Below are positions 38,001 to 46,881 of a DNA stretch of 64,000 nt, piece after piece. The notes beneath the pieces are model-generated. The model was given only the letters and a program-made list of their open reading frames with translations. It searched no databases and was not told the origin of the DNA. A program made the position numbers and the translations under genes. Source of the stretch: Candidatus Doudnabacteria bacterium (GTDB lineage: Bacteria; Patescibacteriota; Doudnabacteria; UBA920; O2-02-FULL-48-8); the NCBI GenBank assembly GCA_016182875.1, contig JACPFQ010000004.1, positions 259,515 to 323,514 of the forward strand, read 5' to 3'. Numbering within the stretch: the first letter of the stretch is position 1; each line of letters starts with the position of its first letter.

Positions 38001-38773
38001 CGGATGCTTTGATCATCCAGGACAGCCAGGGAGTCCAAGATTCCACCTCATCCGCAGTCACCACTGACCGCGTGGGCAATGAATTGTACGTCTATAAGGG
38101 CACGCCAAAAGTTGAGGTTGTCGATCTGACAAATTCGACCTTGGTCAACGGTTCGGCCCAGGACGTCTACAAATTCAAAGTCACTGGCCAGGGCGGCACG
38201 GTAGCTGTCAAACAGGTTAAGCTTTCTGTGGCTTGGTCTGATGGCGGCACTGCCGACACCCTGGAAGTGGAATCATTGAAGTTCTACAAGAACGACGTTG
38301 ATATCACGGCGAGCGTGACTATGGTTGACGAAGACGGCAATGATGTGGAAACCACCTCCGGATTGACTGAAGATGACGACACACTGGTTGTCACCTTCAC
38401 CACCGAAGATGCCGTGGCTGCCGGCGAATCCGTGACCTACCGGGTCCGCGGCACGCCGCAAGCCTTCCGCGCCACCGGCACTGACACCGTCGGCGACAGT
38501 GTGTCCTTCAATGTCCCGTCTGATGCCAGCCACAACGGCACCTCAGTCTTCTTAAATGACCAGACTGATATTAACGCCGGCCAGTCCGAAATCATGGAGT
38601 TGTTCACTTCCGCCGCCGCTTCATCTAGCGATGGCACTGCTGCCAACTTCATCTGGTCCGACAACTCGGCAACCGCACACGTTTCAACCGCCAATGCCAC
38701 CAGCACTGGCGACTGGGCGAACGGCTACAATGTCCTCAACTTGCCGCTCGACGGCGAGACTTGGACAAAATAA
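35045..38773 (+). CDS. giant secreted surface protein (about 1220 aa; probable start MHTSELTL at 35108) with four N-terminal 45-aa modules and Ig-like beta-rich repeats
   Basis: Signal peptide; repeated G(T)xYLVxxGxKRGF...VFxSxGYSFS module four times; T/S/A/V/G-rich beta-strand repeats. Confidence 0.75.
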   Translation: MIVSYEQLILIQESTYKQEIIMHTSELTLTARKGIALGLAVSTLLWAATLWALPAFVSAAPHSDGCLINSSGTIYLVTGGQKRGFPTAEVFASHGYSFSQVVAASSEDTQAMGPVMVYADGTLVKGPSDPLVYLVANGQKRGFVSGSVFTGLGFSFASIVTAATNTFADLPMGANLESATERHTAGVLAKDSTGTVWQMTATGRKGVPSMEVFNSYGWSWSNVVAANAADTAAANEGVVAARASCSTGATPPPPPAGTMSVSLASNNPVAGTVIAGQGVADLAHFSFSGSGKVTSVVLKRLGVSSDTTLSAVYLYDGYVRLTDSATVSSGTITFNNTAGLFTVAGSRTVTVRSNIAASTSGQTVGVQLFSAAADVGTVSGSPLSGNMHTVAAAPSNFATVDFNATTTPSNATISPQDDYTMWQNVVTVGNTKVRLYAFKLRQVGSVVASDLQNFDLFVDGTKVASVAALDSEGYANFDLSAAPVTLETGSRTIKMLGDIIGGSNRNFAFSLRQAVDGFFVDNDFNQGVLPTAASATFSARGNTDDNLQTISTGTITFTKRADSPSGNVVNAASNVLLAKFDVKAAGESMKVETLRVRIDDDDGDEMTLRNGALYLDGAQIGSTAAISGDTGTDPDYTEYTFGSSFIVVPGTPRVLEVKADIFDNDGTNSVAASDTYQVEIIGSANVQRLTSLGYVSAPSTAAEANTLTVATGSLTAALDTSLANHTIVAPKYGYMIGKYTIQQTTTEGANITSVVVDFDEKADAFDGSDDLTNLYIKMGSYTSPIKATVTDTGNTFSTNVAIAAGQVMALEVYADVAASATNGDGTADTIESSVTVASTTTQSSTSATADEVDGQTITAGAGTFATAVAPDTPVNRITYGNQEVEAARFKITATNETYTLRQWNMKVGASPISSAIVEARLYYGSTLLGSAPFSVTSNTIAQITGLESKAEAVVAANTSRTFSVKLLLNQIGGNYGTSQQNVAVTSDALIIQDSQGVQDSTSSAVTTDRVGNELYVYKGTPKVEVVDLTNSTLVNGSAQDVYKFKVTGQGGTVAVKQVKLSVAWSDGGTADTLEVESLKFYKNDVDITASVTMVDEDGNDVETTSGLTEDDDTLVVTFTTEDAVAAGESVTYRVRGTPQAFRATGTDTVGDSVSFNVPSDASHNGTSVFLNDQTDINAGQSEIMELFTSAAASSSDGTAANFIWSDNSATAHVSTANATSTGDWANGYNVLNLPLDGETWTK

Positions 38774-38841
38774 TCTGAATCTAGCTTGAAGAGCTAATCG
38801 GGTTATTATCCGCCTTCGCTGAAAAGCTTCGGCGGACAGGC

Positions 38842-38875
38842 AAAGCCCCCGCAATTTGCGGGGGCTTTGGTTTGG
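38842..38875 (+). terminator. rho-independent terminator
   Basis: aaagcccccgc aattt gcgggggcttt followed by ggtttgg. Confidence 0.6.
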
Positions 38876-39100
38876 TATAATTTTAGGGCAGTTGGGAGTT
38901 AAAACCCCCTCTTAGAATAAGAGTGGGTAGGGTGAGTTAGACGTAAAGAACCCCTGCCTCTAACCCCTCTGCTCAGCCTAATTCTTAGCATCTCCCCTTG
39001 TTCCAAGGGGAGATGGAACTGCGGCCTTACGCTTTGCCTTAAAGAATTAACTTGCAGTTAAACCCCTCTTAGAATAAGAGGGGGTAGGGGGAGTTAGAAC

Positions 39101-39419
39101 ATGAGCTATTTGTATAATAATTTAAAGCTTAAAAACTTCAGGCGTAAACTAAGAAGCAACCAGACAGACTGTGAAGCCTTGCTCTGGTCTGTGTTGCGAA
39201 ACAAGCAATATAGGCAATTATATCTTAGATTTCTTTTGTCCTAAATTAAGATTGGGAATTGAGCTTGACGGTGGTCAGCACGCCAAGCAAAAACTCTACG
39301 ACAACCAGAGAACCAAATATCTTGAATCACAGAATATTAAAGTCCTTAGATTCTGGGATAACGAGGTGCTTGAGAATCTTGAGGGAGTTTATCAAAAGAT
39401 CTTAGATCATTGCCTCTAA
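39101..39419 (+). pseudogene. DUF559 endonuclease-domain protein disrupted by an internal deletion or frameshift (two frames)
   Basis: MSYLYNNLKLKNFRRKLRSNQTDCEALLWSVLRNKQ (frame 2) then IGNYILDFFCPKLRLGIELDGGQH...KVLRFWDNEVLENLEGVY (frame 0). Confidence 0.7.
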
Positions 39420-39717
39420 CCCCCTCTAACTCCCCCTTGTTCCAAGGGGGAGGATCCCAATTCTTTTCGGGCATTAGTAAATCCCCTCCAATTGCTTGAT
39501 TTCGCTGGAAGTTTTACTATATCCTTACTTAACTTATACTTAGCATTGATATAGCATTTATTTTAGTGTCATCCTGAAACAAGTTTTTGGGATCTCGCTT
39601 AGTTACTGAAAAACCCCCGCCGAAAGGCGGGGGTTTTGTTTGTTGACAGGCTGAATCATTTAATTTATCATAAGTACGAAAGTTATACTTTCTAACTAAA
39701 TTGATTTAGGGAAACTC

Positions 39718-39981
39718 ATGTCCATAGTTAAAGTCAAAAATAAATACCAGGTGACTTTGCCCGCTTATGTCCGCAAGCAAGCCGGAATCGAAATTGGGGA
39801 TATTTTGGAAGCAAAAATTGAAAACGGTAAAATTATGCTTTCACCTCAAAGCACGATTGATAAGAGATTAGCCAAGGCGCTCGAAGAGATAGAGAAGGGC
39901 CAGACTTATGGACCCTTTGATACTGCAGAAGAAATGATCACAGCTCTTCATCGCGAGGTAAAAAAACTTAAGCGAAAGTAG
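39718..39981 (+). CDS. AbrB/MazE/SpoVT-type antitoxin
   Basis: 87 aa; KYQVTLPAYVRKQAGIEIGDIL swapped-hairpin motif. Confidence 0.65.
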   Translation: MSIVKVKNKYQVTLPAYVRKQAGIEIGDILEAKIENGKIMLSPQSTIDKRLAKALEEIEKGQTYGPFDTAEEMITALHREVKKLKRK

Positions 39982-39988
39982 AGTTATA

Positions 39989-40234
39989 ATGAGGCTTGAC
40001 TTTTCGCCTAGTTTTGTGAAAGCCTACAATAAGGCTCCCACAAAAATCCAGCGAGCATTTGACAAACAATCAAAATTGCTTCTTCAAAATTTAAACTACC
40101 CTTCATTGCGCGCCAAGAAATACAGCGAGACAGAAAATATCTGGCAAGCGAGAGTTGATAAATCTTGGCGGTTTTATTTTCGCATCAAAGGCGATGTATA
40201 TTATCTACTTGATATTATTTCTCATCCTAAATAA
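39989..40234 (+). CDS. RelE/ParE-family toxin
   Basis: 81 aa; WQARVDKSWRFYFRIKGDVYYLLDIISHPK C-terminal RelE-like motif; 8-bp gap from the antitoxin gene. Confidence 0.6.
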   Translation: MRLDFSPSFVKAYNKAPTKIQRAFDKQSKLLLQNLNYPSLRAKKYSETENIWQARVDKSWRFYFRIKGDVYYLLDIISHPK

Positions 40235-40239
40235 CTTCC

Positions 40240-40929
40240 ATGAACAAAAAAGCATTATTTATAGGAATCGGAGCCGCCTTGGTTATTTTTTTTGGGTACT
40301 TAGCCTACCAGCAATGGGGGGATAAGCCGCAGTTGGTTACTTACAAGGAGCCAAGCTTAACGGCGGAAGCCAGAGCGATTTATGAGCAGCGTTTGAGCGA
40401 AGCCCAAAAAGCCGTTGCTGAGATCAATGACCAAACTCCGGCCGAAGAAAAATTCAACCGCTATATGGCTTTGGGCAGCGCCAAGTTCAGTTTAGGCTTC
40501 TATCTCGACGCCAAAAACGCTTATCAGCAGGCTTTGGAAGTCATGCCCAACAACGCCTTTGCCTGGCAGGCCCAATCCACCACCCTAACCGCCATGGGCG
40601 ACTACAAAGGAGCTTTGAACGCCATCAAGAAAGCAATTTCCTTGGACCCCAAACAAGCCGATTTCTGGAAGTGGCAAATTGATTTGGAAAAAGACCACTT
40701 CCAGGCAAACAGCGACAGGGTTGACGAGCTTTATGGAGAGGCTTTGAGCAAAACCGATAACAACATCAATATAATCACGGCTTACGCGACCTTTTTGGAG
40801 CAGACAGGCGATTTGGAAGGCGCTTTGGAGCAGTGGCAGAAAGCCTATGAAGTCAATACTGCCCAGCGAGAAGTTTATCAGGCGGAGATAGACAGGCTTC
40901 AGAGGAGGCTGGAGAAACTGCTCAAATAA
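40240..40929 (+). CDS. tetratricopeptide-repeat protein with N-terminal TM anchor
   Basis: 229 aa; several 34-aa A..Y..AL...P.N repeats. Confidence 0.65.
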   Translation: MNKKALFIGIGAALVIFFGYLAYQQWGDKPQLVTYKEPSLTAEARAIYEQRLSEAQKAVAEINDQTPAEEKFNRYMALGSAKFSLGFYLDAKNAYQQALEVMPNNAFAWQAQSTTLTAMGDYKGALNAIKKAISLDPKQADFWKWQIDLEKDHFQANSDRVDELYGEALSKTDNNINIITAYATFLEQTGDLEGALEQWQKAYEVNTAQREVYQAEIDRLQRRLEKLLK

Positions 40930-40989
40930 TTTAAGGATCAGGCAGCAGTTTACCCCTCCTCTTTAGAGGAGGGGTAGGGGAGGAGTTCT

Positions 40990-41388
40990 ATGGTTTTGCC
41001 CAAAACAAAGCTACGCAGAGAATTAAGGCATAATTCAACTCCAGCGGAAAAAGTTTTCTGGGCTATGATTTGCGACAGAAAAGTATTAGATCTAAAATTC
41101 CGCCGTCAGCACAGCATCGGGCCTTACATAGTTGATTTCTACTGCGCGGCACTTAGGTTAATTATAGAGATTGACGGCGATACTCATGGAACTGTTGAGG
41201 GAATTAAAGCTGATAAAAAGCGAACCGCTTATTTAGAATCACTGGGCTATACTGTCCTAAGATACGCAAATTCAGATATACTAAATAACCTTGAAGGAGT
41301 ATTCCAGGATTTAACCAGCAAGCTTCAGAAACTACTGCCTAATTCCACCTCCTCACCCATCCTCTCCTCCTTGCAGGAGGAGAGGTGA
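40990..41388 (+). CDS. DUF559 endonuclease-domain protein (intact)
   Basis: 132 aa; EKVFWAMICDRKVLDLKFRRQHSIGPYIVDFYC..LRLIIEIDGDTH...GYTVLRYANSDI family pattern. Confidence 0.8.
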   Translation: MVLPKTKLRRELRHNSTPAEKVFWAMICDRKVLDLKFRRQHSIGPYIVDFYCAALRLIIEIDGDTHGTVEGIKADKKRTAYLESLGYTVLRYANSDILNNLEGVFQDLTSKLQKLLPNSTSSPILSSLQEER

Positions 41389-41438
41389 AACTGCGAGAAA
41401 CTAGGTCAATTAGAAATTGATTCTATATAACAATAACA

Positions 41439-42173
41439 ATGTATCCAAGAAACAAAAATTTAATCCTTTGGGCGGGAGTTATTTTATTGGCGGGAGTTGC
41501 TGTGGGATTAAATATCCTTAGAAATCCAGCCTTAGTCAGCAAGGAAAGCGAAACAGACCTAAGAAGCGAGACGGAAGCGGTTGGGGGCGAAGCGGTCGAG
41601 CCTGCCAAAGATAACGGTTTAGCATCGCCAGCTCCGCAGCAGCCGCAAACTCCGCTGCCTGCTCAAAATTCATCTTCCCCAGCGGACGTTAAGAGCTACA
41701 AAAACACCGAGTACGAATTCGAGTTCACTTATCCGGCCAGCTTCGGCGAAGTGGCTGAAAAAATTTATCAATGCCCGCGGGGTTTCATGACGATCGGGAC
41801 ATTTATCGGCAACCCCAACATTGATTTTGGGTTTGTCTCGTCTGATTATGAGAAATGCGCGGCAGCCGACGCACCCCTGTTTGAAATTCTGAAGTATGAC
41901 TTGTTGGACAAGAAGTTAAAGCTTTACAGCTCAAACCCGGTTTCACCGACTGTTGAGGTGACGATCGAACAAGTTATACCTACCCGAACCGCCAACATTC
42001 TGGCTTATATTATTAAAAATACTATTGAAGCAGATGGCAACGGTAGCCCCGCGGCTGTTCTCAAAAGCCCAAACCCGGCCATTGGCCCGCTTATTTTTCG
42101 AACCCATGGAATGTCCCATGGAATGTCCTATGAGGATGGAATAAAATTGCTGGAGGCGATTATACAGAATTGA
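41439..42173 (+). CDS. hypothetical membrane-anchored / secreted protein
   Basis: 244 aa; N-terminal TM then PQ-rich linker. Confidence 0.45.
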   Translation: MYPRNKNLILWAGVILLAGVAVGLNILRNPALVSKESETDLRSETEAVGGEAVEPAKDNGLASPAPQQPQTPLPAQNSSSPADVKSYKNTEYEFEFTYPASFGEVAEKIYQCPRGFMTIGTFIGNPNIDFGFVSSDYEKCAAADAPLFEILKYDLLDKKLKLYSSNPVSPTVEVTIEQVIPTRTANILAYIIKNTIEADGNGSPAAVLKSPNPAIGPLIFRTHGMSHGMSYEDGIKLLEAIIQN

Positions 42174-42204
42174 CCCAATTAGTAATACGGTTTACGTTGT
42201 CGAA

Positions 42205-42270
42205 GCCCGTGACGTAAAACGTAGGACGTAATACGATACTGGCATCGATACCGTCAAACGTAATCCCGCA
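42205..42270. repeat. cluster of ACGTAA-containing motifs (gacgtaaaacgtaggacgtaatacg ... aaacgtaatccc)
   Basis: Hexamer shared with the octamer arrays at 16302 and 58925. Confidence 0.35.
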
Positions 42271-42438
42271 AGGTTGTGGATAATTAGGGTATTGTAAAAG
42301 TTGACAATTACCTAACGTTCCCGCTATTATTCACCTGTAAAAACTCACAATTAAATCCCGGATTTGAGACAAAACCTTTGGCTAAAGACGAGTAAATAGG
42401 CGCAAACCCCAAGATTTAGGGTCGATTTTTAATCTTGA

Positions 42439-44151
42439 GTGTTTGTTGATAAGTCTCAAAACCACAAATTATTAAGGACAATCAATCAAAATATGAAATA
42501 TTTCAAAAATTTTAGCCGGCAAAAAGCCTTGATGGTCTCAGTGCTTGCGCTGGCTTTCTTGGTGGTTGCCGGCGGAGCCTTTGCCGCTCTGACGTTTACC
42601 GCCACTACCACCTCCAGCGACGGCGCTTTAACGATTAGTTCCGCCACCACCAATGCCATAAGTTTGGATTCCGGCACCACTGGCGCTGTCAATCTTGGCA
42701 CTGGCAATAATGCCAAGACCATCAGCATCGGAACCGGCACTGCAGGCAACACCATTAACGTTGGCACGGACAACACTACTCTTGATGCTATTAACGTAGG
42801 TTCAGCCCTGGATACTGTGATCATAACCGGCACAAGCGCAGGATTATCTAAAATTGAGTTGGCGGCAACTCGCCCAACCGGCGCTACGAGCTCTTATCAA
42901 ACACTTGCTGGCGATCTTAACTACGTAGGAGCCGCGGGCGGTACTGGCACATATCACGCTGGCGTCATGGGCAACTTTTTGGGCGATACTCTGACCAACG
43001 CTAATGCCACTATCCACGCCGGCACAATCGGCAAGTACTCTGTGACCACGAGCGACGCTTTGGTTGGACCAAAAGCAGGCTTGGTTGGTGAAGCGGAAAC
43101 TAGCGTTGCCAATGCCGCAGTGATGGCAGTGCTTGGCGGTGATACTGCGACAGTTGCTCCTGGAGCGGCTTATGCTGTCCGTTATCTCAACTCTACGGCA
43201 GCTTCTAAGTTCACTTACGGTCTTGATCTCTTCTCCGCGGCTGTCGGCGGTTACAAGGCCGTTGATTACGGCACAGCCGATATCCGACTTCAAAACGGCG
43301 AGACGATTAGCAACGCCACTGACGGCGCAATCACCATCAGCGGCGCGCTTACTGGCACACCGGCAGTGCTTTCTACTACCACAGCCGGCGGAGGGAGCAA
43401 CCTTAAACTGCAATACAAGCAGATAACCAATGCCTTAACTGGCGACTATGAAGGTTTGCATGTCAGAGTTTCCACTGATGTCGGCTCAGCCGATAATGCC
43501 GTTAACGGCGCCCAAATCAAAGCCGTGGCTAATGACGTGGCTTCCCAGATTGACGTTGAAATTCTCCGCGGCGTTTACACCAGCGTGGATGCCAAAGACA
43601 ATTTGGTCACCACTGCTCGCGCGTTTGAAGCATCACTCGATGGTTTGCCCGGATCAACAATCACCGAAGCCGTAGGCATTGAATTGATGAACAACTCTTC
43701 TGGTGCCCAAACGAACTCCTATGGGCTATCCATCAACGGTGGTACAGCTTCCGGTCATAAAGCATACACAAGAGATATTCGATTGCAAAATGGCGAACTC
43801 ATTGACAACGCCACGGATGGCACGATAGCTTTCTCTGGAATAATTGCGGCAAACGGCGGTTTGGTTCAAAGGTACACGACTAATGCTAATGTTCCAAATG
43901 CGTCTGGCCAAAATGTGATTAGGCTTAACGCATTAGCAGCTGACTTTGCCACGATCGCTGGCGGTACCGCAGGCCAAATTATTACCATCATTTTCAGCGA
44001 TGCAGTGGTGGTGACTGACGACAACGCCAACGGCGCCAATGCGATAAATCTGGTAGGTAGCGCTAACCTTACATCTGCTGCTGATGATGTACTTGAGTTA
44101 GTATTTGACGGAACCAGCTGGTTTGAAGTTTCGCGCTCAGTGAACAACTAA
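42439..44151 (+). CDS. secreted Thr/Gly/Ala/Asn-rich repeat protein (probable start MKYFKNF at 42493)
   Basis: Signal peptide; low-complexity TGTGAVNLGTGNNAKTISIGTG-type repeats. Confidence 0.6.
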   Translation: MFVDKSQNHKLLRTINQNMKYFKNFSRQKALMVSVLALAFLVVAGGAFAALTFTATTTSSDGALTISSATTNAISLDSGTTGAVNLGTGNNAKTISIGTGTAGNTINVGTDNTTLDAINVGSALDTVIITGTSAGLSKIELAATRPTGATSSYQTLAGDLNYVGAAGGTGTYHAGVMGNFLGDTLTNANATIHAGTIGKYSVTTSDALVGPKAGLVGEAETSVANAAVMAVLGGDTATVAPGAAYAVRYLNSTAASKFTYGLDLFSAAVGGYKAVDYGTADIRLQNGETISNATDGAITISGALTGTPAVLSTTTAGGGSNLKLQYKQITNALTGDYEGLHVRVSTDVGSADNAVNGAQIKAVANDVASQIDVEILRGVYTSVDAKDNLVTTARAFEASLDGLPGSTITEAVGIELMNNSSGAQTNSYGLSINGGTASGHKAYTRDIRLQNGELIDNATDGTIAFSGIIAANGGLVQRYTTNANVPNASGQNVIRLNALAADFATIAGGTAGQIITIIFSDAVVVTDDNANGANAINLVGSANLTSAADDVLELVFDGTSWFEVSRSVNN

Positions 44152-44306
44152 GCTTAACCCCGCCTCGCCTTGGCTCGCTAAAGGGGTAGAGCACAAGCGT
44201 AAAGCTTTGGCTCTACCTCCCCTAACCCCTCCTATTCTAGGAGGGGAAAAAACCAAGAGGCGAGTCTAGGCAGGCAATCCTAATCATTAATCATTATGCC
44301 TAAAAT

Positions 44307-45980
44307 ATGAAACACTTATATAAGGCACTCGTGAAAGCATCGGCTTTGGGATTGGGCATAAGCTTAGCTCTGTCTAGCGTGGCGTTTGGTGCGGCTGATT
44401 TGAACTGGTCCGTAGATACGACCGTGACCATCAATTCGGTAAACTTCATCATCAGCGGCAATTCCGAAGCGACTTCCATGATTGTGGGGGCAACGACGCT
44501 TACCGTGACAGTCCCTTCCGGAAGTGAGTTTAGGCTCAGGTCCGTTGACCGCCGTCCCTTGAACAACAACCAAAGTCTGGCTCAGCAATGTTCTGTTTCG
44601 GACAACGTCCTGCCAGTGGTCGGCCCCAAAACCAGCGTAGTTATAACACCTGACACCTCAACCACCTGTACCACCAACTATCCGCCGTCAGGCGGAGGCG
44701 GTGGCGGCGGCGGTGGATCACCCAGCCCAAGCCCAACTCCTACACCGACACCGACCCCCACGCCTACCCCGACTCCTACACCAACCCCTACTCCTACTAG
44801 CACCACTGGCACTGTGAATGCCACGCCAGAAGCCGGCGGGTCCACCAGCTTCACGCCAACCGATACTGCCACTCCACAAGCCAGCGTTTCACTGCCGGCC
44901 AATTCTGTCTCTTCCACCACTACAGTGACGGTGACTAACACCACTTTGGCCAGCGAAGGCATTACCCCAGCGCCTTCAAGCGGCGGGGCCACTGCCACAG
45001 TCGGCGCTCCTTACGAAGTCACGGCCACTGCCGCTAGCGGTAGTGCGGCCAGCTTTAGCCAGCCGGTCACGCTGACTTTTACCTATACTGACGCGCAACT
45101 GCCGTCGGGTGTTTCTGAATCCGATTTGGTGGTCATGTATTTTGACTCTACTTCCAATTCTTGGGTGACCCTGCCAACCTCGGTCAATGCCAGCACCAAT
45201 ACGCTGACGACCACAGTCACGCACTTTACCGTGTTTGTGATCGCGGCCAAGCCGGGCGGCTCGGGCACAGTTGGCGCGCATGCCAATGGCACCCTGATTT
45301 TGGACGGGCAAACCGTGTACCTCATCAAGAACGGTCAAAGAATTGGCTTCCGCAATGAACAAGAATACCTCTCCCACGGCTACAAATTCAGCCAAACCGT
45401 GACAGCCTCTGCTGCAGACAAAGCTCTGCCCGCAGGCGTGATCCAAAAAGCCATGGAAGGCACACTGGTGCTGGATTCTTCTGACAACCGTACGGTATAT
45501 ATGGTTGGCACAGGTGCGACCAAGCGCGGGTTTACCACAGCTGCGGTGTTTACCGGCCTGGGCTATAATTTTGCTAATCTGCCCAAGATCAATCTTTCGG
45601 ATTATCCAGCCGGCAGTCCGATCGGGACTACCACCGAAGTCCATCCGGACGGCGCCCTGGTTTTGGAAGGCAAGACAGTCTGGTGGATTCGCGGCAATGC
45701 CCGGCAGGGATTTGAGAGCGAAGCCGTGTTCAACACCTACGGCTTCTCATTCGGCAAAGTGGTCGCGTCCAATTCCTCGGATCTGGCGCTGGCCCAAGGC
45801 GCGCTGGTCAAATTCCGCGACGGGACATTGGTCAAGGACGGAGCAGACTACTACCTGGTCTCGGACGGCAAGAAGCTGAAATTTGCTTCTTCAGCTGATC
45901 TAACTGCCAAGGGATATAAGACTTCCAACGCAATCAGCGCGTCTCTGTCCGCCTACGAATCCGGCGGCAATGTGCAATAA
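44307..45980 (+). CDS. secreted surface protein: N-terminal beta domain, PT linker, four C-terminal 45-aa modules
   Basis: 557 aa; [22 protein letters not shown] linker; C-terminal 250 aa about 75% identical to the C-terminus of ORF 46882. Confidence 0.7.
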   Translation: MKHLYKALVKASALGLGISLALSSVAFGAADLNWSVDTTVTINSVNFIISGNSEATSMIVGATTLTVTVPSGSEFRLRSVDRRPLNNNQSLAQQCSVSDNVLPVVGPKTSVVITPDTSTTCTTNYPPSGGGGGGGGGSPSPSPTPTPTPTPTPTPTPTPTPTPTSTTGTVNATPEAGGSTSFTPTDTATPQASVSLPANSVSSTTTVTVTNTTLASEGITPAPSSGGATATVGAPYEVTATAASGSAASFSQPVTLTFTYTDAQLPSGVSESDLVVMYFDSTSNSWVTLPTSVNASTNTLTTTVTHFTVFVIAAKPGGSGTVGAHANGTLILDGQTVYLIKNGQRIGFRNEQEYLSHGYKFSQTVTASAADKALPAGVIQKAMEGTLVLDSSDNRTVYMVGTGATKRGFTTAAVFTGLGYNFANLPKINLSDYPAGSPIGTTTEVHPDGALVLEGKTVWWIRGNARQGFESEAVFNTYGFSFGKVVASNSSDLALAQGALVKFRDGTLVKDGADYYLVSDGKKLKFASSADLTAKGYKTSNAISASLSAYESGGNVQ

Positions 45981-46002
45981 GCCAGATAACACGTAACAAA
46001 AT

Positions 46003-46036
46003 AAAGCGGCTCTATTTGGGAGCCGCTTTATTTTGA
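46003..46036 (+). terminator. rho-independent terminator
   Basis: aaagcggctc tatttgg gagccgcttt followed by attttg. Confidence 0.6.
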
Positions 46037-46102
46037 GGTCTTGTGGATTGACATATAACTTTAAGTTATATATTATATATACTATCAATTAACCATTGAA
46101 GT

Positions 46103-46378
46103 ATGACTACGCAAGTTATCTTTAAAGTCGATAAAAACCTTAAAGCCAAAGCCATGAAAAAAGCTCAAAACGAAGGCATTGCTTTTTCCTCTATTCTTAA
46201 GCTGGCCACGCAGGCTTACGTCAAGGGGAATTTGAATGTCGAGTTGGTAACGCACCCCAGGCTTAATGCTAAAACTCGCCAAGAGCTTATCAAAGCTTCT
46301 AAAGATATCAAGGAAGGGAAGAATTTAGTTGGACCTTTTAAAACAGTTGAAGAAATGAAAAAGTATCTGATGAAGTAA
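46103..46378 (+). CDS. RelB/DinJ-like antitoxin
   Basis: 91 aa; immediately upstream of a RelE-family toxin with a 2-bp gap. Confidence 0.55.
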   Translation: MTTQVIFKVDKNLKAKAMKKAQNEGIAFSSILKLATQAYVKGNLNVELVTHPRLNAKTRQELIKASKDIKEGKNLVGPFKTVEEMKKYLMK

Positions 46379-46380
46379 GT

Positions 46381-46641
46381 ATGGAGCCATTTTTACACAA
46401 GAGCTTCAGAAAACAGTTTGACAAACTTCCTCCGAAAGTTCAGCAACAATTTTTCAAAAGACTTGATTTGTTTTTGAAAGATCCATTCCACCCGATATTA
46501 AATAACCATTCAGTGGACGCAGTTTATCCTAATTGGCGCAGCATAAATATTACCGGAGATTACCGTGCGCTTTATGAACTAAAAAGTGAAGATATTTTTG
46601 TGTTTATGAAGATTGGCACCCATTCAGAGCTGTATGAGTGA
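46381..46641 (+). CDS. RelE/StbE (YafQ-like) family toxin
   Basis: 86 aa; ...ITGDYRALYELKSEDIFVFMKIGTHSELY C-terminal signature. Confidence 0.7.
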   Translation: MEPFLHKSFRKQFDKLPPKVQQQFFKRLDLFLKDPFHPILNNHSVDAVYPNWRSINITGDYRALYELKSEDIFVFMKIGTHSELYE

Positions 46642-46881
46642 TCCACAGTTTTGACATAAATTTTATAATATACTACAGTTTAGGCACAAAAGCCTTGGGC
46701 TTTTAAGAAAGCAAAAACAATTAAATCAAAGGTGAAAAACAAAACTTTGCAGGGATTGTTAGGGTTTTTCCAAACTGGAAGTCCAACTGCCAATGTTTTA
46801 TTTGTCACCAAAAAACTGCAAGCAATGACGCGTTTGATTGGGTCGAACACAGACGCGTCTTTGTTTTAGAAAGGAACAAAC

